Positions 1 to 8,836 of a stretch of 64,000 nt of DNA are shown one piece after another; position 1 is the first letter of the stretch; the number at the start of each line of letters is the position of its first letter. The notes below the pieces were generated by a model. The model searched no databases. It had not been told where the DNA came from and saw only the letters and a list, made by a program, of their open reading frames with translations. The DNA is taken from assembly GCA_020633295.1 (NCBI GenBank), contig JACKDW010000006.1, positions 334,181 to 398,180 on the forward strand, read 5' to 3'. The translations under genes and the position numbers were made by a program. Source of the stretch: Myxococcales bacterium. GTDB lineage: Bacteria > Myxococcota_A > Polyangia > Nannocystales > Nannocystaceae.

Positions 1-225
1 AACCTCCACGACCGCTTCATCCGCACGCTGATGCGCGGCGGCGAGGAGGTCTACGGCGTCGTCGACTTCATCCTCGTCTACTACCTGCCGGGCAAGCGCT
101 GGCCGACGTTTAACATCGCCGACGTCGCGCTCGTCGTCGGCGTCGCGCTGCTGTTCCCCTTCCTGCTCCTGCACGCCCAGGATCCCGAGGAAGACGGCGA
201 GCAGGCCGCGCCGGCCAAGAGCTAG
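1..225 (+). CDS. lspA: Lipoprotein signal peptidase II, C-terminal fragment (5' end lies outside window)
   Basis: Open frame from nt 1. Translation ...VDFILVYYLPGKRWPTFNIADVALVVG... matches the conserved C-terminal FNxAD region of LspA. Confidence 0.65.
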   Translation, partial: NLHDRFIRTLMRGGEEVYGVVDFILVYYLPGKRWPTFNIADVALVVGVALLFPFLLLHAQDPEEDGEQAAPAKS

Positions 226-239
226 CGGCGAGCGGCTCC

Positions 240-327
240 GAGCGTCGCGCGGGCTACACGTCCGCGCGCTTGTTCGCCATCCCGAGCGTCGCGCGGGCTA
301 CACGTCCGCGCGCTTGTTCGCCATCCC
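240..327. repeat. Perfect 44-bp tandem duplication (copies ~240-283 and 284-327) spanning the pgsA stop codon; each copy contains a GCGCGG-N9-CCGCGC hairpin
   Basis: Unit gagcgtcgcgcgggctacacgtccgcgcgcttgttcgccatccc appears twice head-to-tail in the sequence. Confidence 0.8.
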
Positions 328-906
328 CTGGCCGAACAGCACCGTGTACTCGACCGCGCTGTAGTACGACATGATGATCGACAGCAGCAGCAGCACGAAG
401 CCGACCACGCCGAAGTCCATGGTCGTCTCGCCGACCCAGGGCATTCGGTACTGATAGTGCACCAGGATGAAGCAGATGCCGACCAGCTGCAGCGCCGTCT
501 TGGCCTTGCCGCCGGGGCCGGCCGCGATCACCACGTTCTCCGAGACCGCGATCAGCCGGATCCCTGAGATGTAGAACTCGCGCGCGAGCAGCAGCACGAC
601 GATCCAGGCCGGCACGCGCCCGTCCGCGACGAGGTAGACGAGCAGCGCCATGACCATGATCTTGTCGGCGAGCGGATCCATGAACTTGCCGAAGACCGTG
701 ACGAGCCCCTGTCGCCGCGCGAGCCAACCGTCCGCGATGTCGAGCGCCGAGGCGATCATGAACACCAGCATGGCGATCAGGCACTTGAACGGATCGGAGC
801 GATCGATCAGGAGCAGGACCGGCGGGATCATGAAGAGCCGGCCGATCGTGATCATGTTGGGGAGGTTCAAGATCTCGCGCTTGAACCGATCGAAGCGACT
901 GCTCAC
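298..906 (-). CDS. pgsA: CDP-alcohol phosphatidyltransferase (CDP-diacylglycerol--glycerol-3-phosphate 3-phosphatidyltransferase-like)
   Basis: ALDIADGWLARRQGLVTVFGKFMDPLADK matches the DGxxAR...G...D...D signature of the CDP-OH_P_transf family. Multiple hydrophobic helices. Apparent GTG start. Confidence 0.8.
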   Translation of the reverse strand: MSSRFDRFKREILNLPNMITIGRLFMIPPVLLLIDRSDPFKCLIAMLVFMIASALDIADGWLARRQGLVTVFGKFMDPLADKIMVMALLVYLVADGRVPAWIVVLLLAREFYISGIRLIAVSENVVIAAGPGGKAKTALQLVGICFILVHYQYRMPWVGETTMDFGVVGFVLLLLSIIMSYYSAVEYTVLFGQGMANKRADV

Positions 907-1580
907 CCGGGCCCCGTTCCGCTGCGCGAGGTCGCCAGGTCGAGGAGCAGCGCGCCCTCGCCCTCGCAGCGGATAAACCCGCCGCCTGGCTCAAACACCG
1001 GGATCACGCCGCCGACCCAGCCGAGCAGGCCGCGCGCGCGCACGCGCGTCGGCGACCTCGACGCGACCTTGATCGACACGCACGGGCCGCTGGAGCGCAC
1101 GACGAGCAGCCCGCTGCCCTTGAGCCGGAGGAGCGGAATCGTGCCCCGCTGCGTGTCGACGGGACCGCGCGTGCCCGGGAGCACGCCGCCCTCCCAGAGC
1201 AGCGCGCCCTCGAACGCCCAGACCGCGCTCGCCAGCAGGAAGCACGCGTCGTCGCGCAGGTGCAGCGGCTGGAAGCTCCCGTCGCCCCGGGACAGCACGA
1301 GCGCGCCGCCGCCCGTGACGCGTGACAGCCCCGTCAACGACTCGTTGCCGCCCGGGCCGCGCCCGGACATCGGCTCGATCGTCAGGGACTCGTCGCGCAC
1401 CAGCACGTCGTCGACGCGCACCAAGAGCTCTCGATCGACGTTGAGGCACAGGTGACCGCCGGGTGTGAGCGAGACGGTCGGCGCCTCGCGCCGCGGCACG
1501 ATCAGGCGGTCGAACATGAACTCGGTGAGCCCCGGGATCCCCGGAGCTCCGGCCGAGGAGGTGGAGGTCGTCTCGTTCAC
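903..1580 (-). CDS. Hypothetical protein, translationally coupled to pgsA by a GTGA overlap
   Basis: 225-aa ORF with GC3-rich codon usage whose stop overlaps the pgsA start. No motif recognised. Confidence 0.4.
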   Translation of the reverse strand: MNETTSTSSAGAPGIPGLTEFMFDRLIVPRREAPTVSLTPGGHLCLNVDRELLVRVDDVLVRDESLTIEPMSGRGPGGNESLTGLSRVTGGGALVLSRGDGSFQPLHLRDDACFLLASAVWAFEGALLWEGGVLPGTRGPVDTQRGTIPLLRLKGSGLLVVRSSGPCVSIKVASRSPTRVRARGLLGWVGGVIPVFEPGGGFIRCEGEGALLLDLATSRSGTGPG

Positions 1581-1659
1581 GATCGGCGGCAGCCTACCGC
1601 GATCGCGCGCGAGCTCGCCAGCCCCCGCGCCCTCACCGCCCGGTCGTCCTCGGGGTGGC

Positions 1660-2457
1660 CTACTCCGGCGCGCGGTCCGGCGTCACCGCGCTCGGCATGA
1701 TCTGTCGCGTCGGTTGCTGCTCGGCGCCCAGACCGACGCGACGCGCGTGAGCTTCGTAGGCGTAGTAGCGGCGCAGCACCGCCTTGACATAGCGCCGCAC
1801 GCCGGGATGGGGCGGTACCCCGCCGTACTTCTTGACCGCGCCCGCCCCTGAAAAATACCCCGCGAGCACCAAGACCATGTCGCCGTTGAAGTTGTTGGCC
1901 AGCAGCCGCAGGTACTTGCTGCCGCCGTAGATGTTCTGCATGGGGTCGAAGGGCTGCGCGACGCCGAGGTAGCGCGCGGTCGCCGGCATGAGCTGCATCA
2001 ACCCCATCGCGCCGACGTGGCTGACGGCGTCGGGGTTGTAGCGGCTCTCGGTGTGGATCACGGCGCGGATCAGCGCCTCGGGGAGCTGGTAGCGCTGCGC
2101 GGCGCCGGCGATGAACACGTCGTAGCGGTGGATGTCGCCGACGACGTCGGCGAGCGGACCGGCGCCCGAGCGCGGCTCGACGCGCTCGTCGCTGGTGCCG
2201 GCCGGCGCCGCGACGTCACGGGCCAGGCGTTCGCCGCCGCTCCCGGGGACGGCGGGCGCGGGCTTCCACGGGTCCTCGGACGCGCGCTCGACGTTGGTGA
2301 CGTGCACGATCCCCTGCGCGTCGACGAACCGCTGGTAGGTCGCCGGGCTCGCGCCTGCGGACGCCGGCACCAGCAGCCCGACGAGCAGCGCCCCGATCCC
2401 GAGCGCCCCGGCGCGACCGCGACGGACCCCAGCCCGTGTGCTCCCTCGAGTCGTCAT
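1660..2457 (-). CDS. Lytic transglycosylase (SLT domain), secreted
   Basis: Signal peptide MTTRGSTRAG...LLVPASAGA. Classic SLT motif ESRYNPDAVSHVGAMGLMQLMP...YGGSKYL. Start chosen at an internal ATG to avoid overlap with nadB. Confidence 0.85.
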   Translation of the reverse strand: MTTRGSTRAGVRRGRAGALGIGALLVGLLVPASAGASPATYQRFVDAQGIVHVTNVERASEDPWKPAPAVPGSGGERLARDVAAPAGTSDERVEPRSGAGPLADVVGDIHRYDVFIAGAAQRYQLPEALIRAVIHTESRYNPDAVSHVGAMGLMQLMPATARYLGVAQPFDPMQNIYGGSKYLRLLANNFNGDMVLVLAGYFSGAGAVKKYGGVPPHPGVRRYVKAVLRRYYAYEAHARRVGLGAEQQPTRQIMPSAVTPDRAPE

Positions 2458-2548
2458 CACGCCGGCCCTGCGCAGATTGTACCCCCTCGCGCGCTCACGA
2501 GCCGCGCGCCCGCGTCCGCGGGCTGCTACCCTGGCCCGCGCGCACCGC

Positions 2549-4165
2549 ATGAAGACGAACACCCCCGTTCACCGATGCCAATACCTGGTGCTGGGCAGCG
2601 GCCTGGCTGGTCTGTACTTCGCGCTCGAGGTCGCCGACCGCGGCACCGTCACCGTGCTCACCAAGCATCGGCGCGAGTCGTCCAACACGCGCTGGGCCCA
2701 GGGCGGCATCTCGGCGGTGTTCGCCGACGATGACTCGCTCTCGAAGCACCTCGATGACACGCTGGTCGTCGGCGCCGGGCTATGCGATCGGGACATGGTC
2801 GAGCACGCCGTGGCCCGCGGGCCTGGGCTCGTCCGTCGACTCGCCGATCGCTACGGCGTGCGCTTCGATCGCACGAGCGACGCGAAGGACGCGCCCTTCG
2901 AGCTGGGGCGCGAGGGCGGCCACACGCGCCGCCGCGTGGTGCACTACCGCGACATGACCGGCGCCGAGGTCGAGCGCGCGCTCATCGAGGCCGCGCAGGC
3001 GCACCCCAACATCACCATGCTCGAGCACCACATGGTCATCGACCTGCTCAGCTGGACCAAGGTCGACGGCACCCGCGGCTGCTTCGGCGCCTACGTGCTC
3101 GACATCGAGCGCGACCAGGTCGAGGCCCATATCGCGCCGCTCACCGTCCTGGCGACCGGGGGCGCCGGCCGCGTGTACCGCTACACCAGCAACCCGCCGG
3201 TCGCGACGGGCGACGGCGTGGCCATGGCGTACCGCATCGGCGCCTCGGTTTCGAACCTCGAGTTCATGCAGTTCCACCCGACCTGCCTGCACCACCCGGG
3301 CGCGAACACCTTCCTGATCTCGGAGGCGCTGCGGGGCGAAGGCGGGATCCTGCGCAAGAAGGGCGGCGCCGAGCTCATGAAGGACCGCCACCCCATGGGC
3401 AGCCTGGCGCCGCGCGACATCGTGGCGCGGGAGATCGACGCAGAGCTCAAGCGCTCCGGCGAGCGCTGCGTGTGGCTCGACATGACGCACCTCGACGGCG
3501 AGTTCATCGTCCGCCGCTTCCCGGGCATCCACGCCCGGCTGACGAGCCTGTCGATCGACATGCGCCGCGAGCCCATCCCGGTCGTCCCCGCCGCCCATTA
3601 CATGTGCGGCGGCGTGGTCGTCGATCGCTACGGGCGCACCGAGATCCCCGGGCTGATGGCGATCGGCGAGGTCGCCATGAGCGGCCTGCACGGCGCCTGT
3701 CGCCTCGCCTCGAACAGCCTGCTCGAGGCCGTGGTCCTGGCCTCCGGCGCCGCCGAGGTCTGTGACGACTTCGGGCGCGGGCCGCCCGATACGGTCTCCC
3801 CGTGGAACGAGGGCAACGCGGTCGACTCCGACGAGGCGGTCATGGTCAGCGCGAACTGGGAGGAAGTCCGCGGGCTCATGTGGAACTTCGTCGGCATCGT
3901 GCGCTCGAGCAAACGCCTCGAGCGCGCGCGTCGTCGCATCGAGCTGATCCGGGAGGAGATCCTCGAGTACTACTGGCGCTTTCGCATCACGCGGGACGTG
4001 CTCGAGCTGCGCAACATCTCGCTCGTCGGTCACCTGATCATCGAGTGCGCCAGGCGTCGTCGCGAGAGCCGCGGGCTGCACTACACCCTCGACCACGAGG
4101 CGACGCGGGAGCACTTCGCCAAGAACACGGTCATGGACAAGTACTCCGGGCCGCGGAGCCGTTGA
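2549..4165 (+). CDS. nadB: L-aspartate oxidase
   Basis: FAD-binding N-terminus YLVLGSGLAGLYFALEVADRG; RWAQGGISAV; the C-terminal fumarate reductase/succinate dehydrogenase flavoprotein region (...RESRGLHYTLDHEATREHF) is collinear with NadB. Confidence 0.9.
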   Translation: MKTNTPVHRCQYLVLGSGLAGLYFALEVADRGTVTVLTKHRRESSNTRWAQGGISAVFADDDSLSKHLDDTLVVGAGLCDRDMVEHAVARGPGLVRRLADRYGVRFDRTSDAKDAPFELGREGGHTRRRVVHYRDMTGAEVERALIEAAQAHPNITMLEHHMVIDLLSWTKVDGTRGCFGAYVLDIERDQVEAHIAPLTVLATGGAGRVYRYTSNPPVATGDGVAMAYRIGASVSNLEFMQFHPTCLHHPGANTFLISEALRGEGGILRKKGGAELMKDRHPMGSLAPRDIVAREIDAELKRSGERCVWLDMTHLDGEFIVRRFPGIHARLTSLSIDMRREPIPVVPAAHYMCGGVVVDRYGRTEIPGLMAIGEVAMSGLHGACRLASNSLLEAVVLASGAAEVCDDFGRGPPDTVSPWNEGNAVDSDEAVMVSANWEEVRGLMWNFVGIVRSSKRLERARRRIELIREEILEYYWRFRITRDVLELRNISLVGHLIIECARRRRESRGLHYTLDHEATREHFAKNTVMDKYSGPRSR

Positions 4166-4175
4166 TCGCCCCGTC

Positions 4176-4841
4176 ATGATCCCGATGAACGTCATCACGC
4201 ACGCCCGGCGCTGGGCGCTCGCTACGCTCGCGGTCGCGCTGCTCAGCGGCTGCGCGGGCAAGATTCGCAGCCCCGAGGCGCTGCGCTCGCGCTACGCCGA
4301 CGCGCTCCGGCGCGACGACCCGGAGGCCGCCTACGCGCTGCTCGCCCCGGAGGTGCGCGAGACGACGCCGTACGAGGAATTTCGCGAGCGCTGGAAGGCC
4401 CAGGCGACCGAGCGCGCCCAGATCCTCGAGTCCATGGACGGCGCGGGCAAGCGCGAGCAGACCGCGGTCCACGGCGGCGAGACCGTCCACGAGGGCGACG
4501 CGATCCTGCGCTGGGTCAAGGTCGACGGCGGCTACCAGATCGTCGACGGGCTGCCGGGCATGCCGAACATGTCGACGCCGGCGGCGTCCATCCGTTCGCT
4601 GGTCGCGGCGATCCGGGCCTCTGACGTGAGCGTGTTGACGCTGCTGCTCGGCGAAGACCTGACCACGATCGTCCACAACGAGTGGAAGCGACGCGCGGAT
4701 ACGCTGGAGGCGCTCGTACGAAAACCTGGGGCAATTGAATACACGCCCGATATGCGGCGCGCCCTGCTCCGCTACGAACCGGGCCGCGCACTGACACTAG
4801 AGCAGAGCGAGTACGGCTGGAAAATCATCTCGATTCAGTGA
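4176..4841 (+). CDS. Hypothetical lipoprotein
   Basis: Signal peptide with lipobox ALLSGCAG. GC3-rich coding. No recognised domain. Confidence 0.55.
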   Translation: MIPMNVITHARRWALATLAVALLSGCAGKIRSPEALRSRYADALRRDDPEAAYALLAPEVRETTPYEEFRERWKAQATERAQILESMDGAGKREQTAVHGGETVHEGDAILRWVKVDGGYQIVDGLPGMPNMSTPAASIRSLVAAIRASDVSVLTLLLGEDLTTIVHNEWKRRADTLEALVRKPGAIEYTPDMRRALLRYEPGRALTLEQSEYGWKIISIQ

Positions 4842-4863
4842 CAATTCCCGCGTTTTAGTCCGG

Positions 4864-4883
4864 AATTCGCGCGATGGCGAATT
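4864..4883. promoter_or_regulatory. Perfect 7-bp inverted repeat AATTCGC-N6-GCGAATT in the AT-richer intergenic region upstream of cdnL; candidate operator
   Basis: Palindrome read directly from the sequence. A direct repeat GGCGAATTT(c/t)TT.CG(c/t)GAC occurs at ~4876 and ~4939. Confidence 0.3.
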
Positions 4884-5184
4884 TCTTGCGCGACGATATA
4901 CACTGATAGATGGCGGCTTCGTGTCCGCTTTGAGCGAAGGCGAATTTTTTTCGTGACATCGCCGCGTTTTCGCGCGGACGAATCGTGAGCATTCGCCGCA
5001 GTTCCATGCCTGGATCTTCGCGACTTCCCTGCTAATTCCTGCAAAACGGCGTTACCCAGTTTGTACCACGGTTCCCTACCCTGGTTCGCGAACGGGAACT
5101 GCGCGTGAGACGCGACCCGCGCGGTTGCGCACATGCGCTCAAAAACGCACAATAAGCGCCGTCGAGTGGAAGAGAGAAGATCCG

Positions 5185-5682
5185 ATGCAGATGGATGCGA
5201 GTTTCACGGTTGGAGATAAGGTCGTCTACCCCACGCACGGTGTCGCCGATGTTGTCGCCCTCGAGGACAAGAAGATCGGCAACATGGCGATGGCCTTCTA
5301 CCACCTGCACGTCGTTGAGAGCGGACTCAAGATCATCGTCCCCGTCGCCAAGGCCCAGGAGAACGGGATGCGTCACGTAGCCTCGCAAGAGGCGATCGAC
5401 GAGCTGTTCAGCCTGCTCCGCGACCACAACGTCGAGCACGACCGGCAGACCTGGAACCGGCGCTACCGCGGCTTCATGGAGAAGATCCGCACCGGCTCCC
5501 TGTTCGAGGTCGGCCAGGTGTTCCGCGATCTCTCCCTCCTCAAGAACCACAAGACCCTATCTCACGGCGAGCGGCAGATGTTGAACACAGCGCGGAATCT
5601 CGTCATCCGCGAGCTCAGCACCGCGCGCAAGGCCCCTGAGTCAGAGGTTGCCGCCGAGCTCGACTCCATGTTTAAGAACTGA
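5185..5682 (+). CDS. cdnL: CarD-family transcriptional regulator (CdnL-like, RNA polymerase-interacting)
   Basis: N-terminus FTVGDKVVYPTHGVADVVALEDKKIGNMAMAFYHLHV...NGMRHV...TWNRRYRGFMEKIRTGSLFEVGQVFRDL is collinear with the CarD_CdnL_TRCF domain. Start taken at the internal ATG (MQMDASF). Confidence 0.85.
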   Translation: MQMDASFTVGDKVVYPTHGVADVVALEDKKIGNMAMAFYHLHVVESGLKIIVPVAKAQENGMRHVASQEAIDELFSLLRDHNVEHDRQTWNRRYRGFMEKIRTGSLFEVGQVFRDLSLLKNHKTLSHGERQMLNTARNLVIRELSTARKAPESEVAAELDSMFKN

Positions 5683-5683
5683 C

Positions 5684-6211
5684 GTGGCAGCCGACCCGAA
5701 CGACAATATCGAGATCCAGATCTGCACGATCCCCTGGGATCAAGTTGAAGTTGACGCGTTCGTCGTCCCGAGCAACTCGCACGGACGCATGACGCACTTC
5801 CCGGCGCTGAAGATCAAGAACCTCGCCGGTCCGAATATCGAGGACGAACTCCAGGGCCACACGCCGCTCGCCATCGGCGCCGCGCTCGTGACCCGCGCTG
5901 GCAGGATGCGCGCTCGACATCTCATCCACGCGCCGAACACCGATGAGCCCGGCGGGAAGGTCCAGGTAGAGGACGTCCTGCGCGCGACCGCGGCGGTGCT
6001 CGTCGCTTGCCAGGTCAAGGGGCTCTCGAGCGTCGCTATCCCGCTCATGGGCGCCTTCGATCGCGGGATCCCGGCCGAGGAGGCCGCCCGCGCCATCCAC
6101 AGCGAGCTGAAGTCCTATCGCGGCGATCGCCACATCAAGGTCTACTTGATGGCGAAGGACAAGAACGACATCGAGGTGTTCGAGATGGCGATGCAGGGCG
6201 GGCTCCCGTAG
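5684..6211 (+). CDS. Macro domain (Appr-1''-p processing / ADP-ribose binding) protein
   Basis: DAFVVPSNSHGRM...GAALVTRAG...HLIHAPNT...VAIPLMGAFDRGIP resembles macro-domain motifs. GTG start 1 nt after the cdnL stop. Confidence 0.7.
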   Translation: MAADPNDNIEIQICTIPWDQVEVDAFVVPSNSHGRMTHFPALKIKNLAGPNIEDELQGHTPLAIGAALVTRAGRMRARHLIHAPNTDEPGGKVQVEDVLRATAAVLVACQVKGLSSVAIPLMGAFDRGIPAEEAARAIHSELKSYRGDRHIKVYLMAKDKNDIEVFEMAMQGGLP

Positions 6212-6273
6212 CGCGACGCCACGCCGCCCGCGAACACACCGCTCCCGAACGACCGGTGAGCAGCGAAGTTGAC

Positions 6274-6516
6274 ATGGAGGTCGACGCGCGAGACGAGACG
6301 CGCGAGCCGGCGGGCCACCCGCTCCGGCGCGCGCTCGTCGTCGCCAGTGTGCTGCTCCCACTCTCGCTCGCGCTCCCGCTGCTCGTCTCCCTGCGCCCCG
6401 CTTTGGACGCGGCGACGGGGGATACGTCGCTCGCGGTGACGCTCGCGGTCACGGTCGTGCTCGTCGCCGCCGCCGCGCTCTCGCTCGCGTCTGGAACGCA
6501 GGAGCGCGCGAGGTGA
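6274..6516 (+). CDS. Possible small membrane protein
   Basis: 81-aa ORF with two hydrophobic segments, immediately upstream of and overlapping the next ORF. Weak. Confidence 0.3.
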   Translation: MEVDARDETREPAGHPLRRALVVASVLLPLSLALPLLVSLRPALDAATGDTSLAVTLAVTVVLVAAAALSLASGTQERAR

Positions 6517-8036
6517 GGCGACGCGCAGCGGCGCGGATCGTGGGCGGCGCGCTGCTCACCCTGACGGCCTGCGGCGCGCCCGAGCCCGACGACGCGCTCA
6601 CGACGTCTCCACGGATCGTCGAGTTCTCGCCCGAGCACACGGGCGCGCGCATCGAGCTCGTCAACCGCGGCGACGCGCGCGTCCAGCTGTCACAGTTCCG
6701 CGTTGACCCCAGGGACCCCGACTGGGGCTCGTTCACGATCGAGAACGAGAGCAACCCGCGCAGCGTCGGGCCTGGCGAGCGCGTCAGCCTCGAGCTGCGC
6801 GTCCACGCGAAGAACTTCCTGCGACACGGTCACGGCGGCGCGCCCGATCGCTATCACCCCGCGCGCGCGTCCCTGCTGTTCTCGGCTGACGGACGTCCGC
6901 GACGCGTCGCGCTCGAGTTCTCGAGCCCCGAGGCGCTCGCGTGGCGCCCCGGCGCGCTCGCGCTGCGGCTCGCCGCGCTGGCGTGCCTGCTGCTCGCGCT
7001 CCTGGCCCTGGGACCATCTTCCCCTTCGCGGCCGAGCGGGGCCGATCCCCTCGACCGCGCCCGAGGATCCTCGCGCCGCGCCCGGCGCTGGCCCCTGTGG
7101 ATCTCCGCAGCGCCGTTCGTCGCGCTGCTCGCTTTTGCTCCGCTCGGAGACGGGCTGTGCGGCGCGCTGCTCGACGCGTCGATCTCCCCGGCGGATATCG
7201 CCCAGTGTCGAGACGGCCGCGCGGGCCAACCGCTCGCGCTGCTGACCGGACCTGGATCGCTGCTCGTCGTGCTCGCCGCGATCGCGCTCGCCGCTGGCTC
7301 CACGCTCGGGGCGAGCGCGAGCGCGGAGGACAGACTCGATCGCCCGCGCGCCCGCGCGCTCGGGCTCCTCACGCTCTTTCCCGCGCTGCTCGCCCCTGCG
7401 TGCGCGCTCGCCAGCGCGGACCTACACGCGCTGGCGCTCGCGCAGAACGGGGCGCTGCTCGACGCCAGCCCGCTCCCGCGCTGGAGCGCCTGGACCCAGC
7501 CCGTCGCGTTCGCGCTCGCGCTGCTCGCGAGCGCGGCCGTCACGGGCGCCGGTCCTGCGCGCTGGCTATCGCGCGCGGCGCTCTCCGTCCTCCTCGCGAG
7601 CGTATTCCTCGGCGGCTGGACGATCCCCGGGGTCGCGGCGCACGGGGTCGACGCGCCGCGCGTCCTCGGCCTGCTCGCGCTCGCCTGCGCCGCGCTCGCG
7701 GCCCTCGCCACCTGGAGCCACCGCGTCCACGCGCGATCGCTACGCGCGCTCGCCACGGGCGCGGCCGCGATCGTCGCGCTCGCGCTCGCGCTCTCGCTGC
7801 TGACTGTTCATACAGGTCCTGGAGTTCCTCTTCTACTGTCGCACGCGGCCGTGGTCGCGCTCGAGCTCGTCGCGCTCGCGGCCAAGGCGATCGCGGTGGC
7901 CTGGGCGCTCACGTGGATCGAGCGCGCGGCCGCCGGCTTCGGGACCCCGAGGTCGACGGCCGCCCGCGCGCTCACCTGGGCTCCCGCGCTCGCGCTGTTG
8001 AACCTGGCGCTCACGGCCCTCTCCTGGCGGCTGTAG
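6513..8036 (+). CDS. Hypothetical polytopic membrane lipoprotein (Ala/Leu-rich)
   Basis: Lipobox LTLTACG, ~100-aa hydrophilic domain, then about 10 hydrophobic helices. No recognised family. Could in part be a high-GC artefact. Confidence 0.4.
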   Translation: MRRRAAARIVGGALLTLTACGAPEPDDALTTSPRIVEFSPEHTGARIELVNRGDARVQLSQFRVDPRDPDWGSFTIENESNPRSVGPGERVSLELRVHAKNFLRHGHGGAPDRYHPARASLLFSADGRPRRVALEFSSPEALAWRPGALALRLAALACLLLALLALGPSSPSRPSGADPLDRARGSSRRARRWPLWISAAPFVALLAFAPLGDGLCGALLDASISPADIAQCRDGRAGQPLALLTGPGSLLVVLAAIALAAGSTLGASASAEDRLDRPRARALGLLTLFPALLAPACALASADLHALALAQNGALLDASPLPRWSAWTQPVAFALALLASAAVTGAGPARWLSRAALSVLLASVFLGGWTIPGVAAHGVDAPRVLGLLALACAALAALATWSHRVHARSLRALATGAAAIVALALALSLLTVHTGPGVPLLLSHAAVVALELVALAAKAIAVAWALTWIERAAAGFGTPRSTAARALTWAPALALLNLALTALSWRL

Positions 8037-8836
8037 CCGCGGGGCGATATTCAGCCGCTCGCAGGGCTCGACGAATCCCGCCGCGAGCGCTTGGCGCTCA
8101 AGCGTCGGGGACGCGGCGCCCACGCTCCACGCCGCCGGGGCGCGCGGTTTCTGCCGCGGCGCTCCAGGTGCGCGCGTCCCCTACCCGGGCGCGGTTCCAC
8201 TCGACTTCGGCCGCCTGTCGGATCGGTCCTGTTCGCGCGCGGGTGCCAGCGCCCGACGATCAGCGCACGCCTCCGCGTGTTCGCGCGTGACGAGCCGTAT
8301 CCGCTCACCACCGACCTGACCTCTTCTTCACAACGCGCGGAGGCGTGCGCGTTCGAGCTCCACGACGCACGCGTTCGCGCTCGCGTCGCCACGCGCCGCG
8401 GTCGATCGTGCGATCATGTCACGTCTCGTCAGCGCGCCTACAAAGCGCGCCTACAAGCGGAACTCGCGTCGCGCCCTTCCGCCGCTCTCGGCCACCGAAT
8501 ATCATGGCAGAAGCATGTTCGCGGACAGCGCGCAAAATCGAGGCCGTGGCCAATCTCAGGGCGTGATGGTAGCGTGCCCTCGCGAGTTTCTCGACAATCG
8601 CTTGGCTCTGCGATCGTGTATGCAGCTGCGAACCTCTCGCCTTCCGCCACCGGCGATCACGCCGCGCGCGACCTCCTTGGTTCGAGCCTCGCTTCGAACG
8701 TTGATTCGAAGCTCGCGTCCTCCTCAAGCACCCGGGCTGTCATGCGCTCCGCGCTCCGCGACCGACACGTCCGTTCACGCCGTTGGCCCGCGCGCCAACG
8801 CCTCGCACTCGTGATGCCACCCAGGGAAGGCGGTTG

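Noticed and set aside
903-1580. Phosphatidylserine decarboxylase call for the gene downstream of pgsA
   Set aside because: Considered because of lipid-operon context, but the LGST/GGST self-cleavage motif is not present. Left as hypothetical.
2780-4261. 493-aa minus-strand ORF
   Set aside because: Entirely antisense to nadB. Arg/Ala/Gly-rich composition typical of high-GC shadow frames.
6941-8290. 449-aa Arg-rich plus-strand ORF and several overlapping minus ORFs
   Set aside because: Out-of-frame overlap with the 6513-8036 membrane ORF. Extreme Arg/Ala content without structure.
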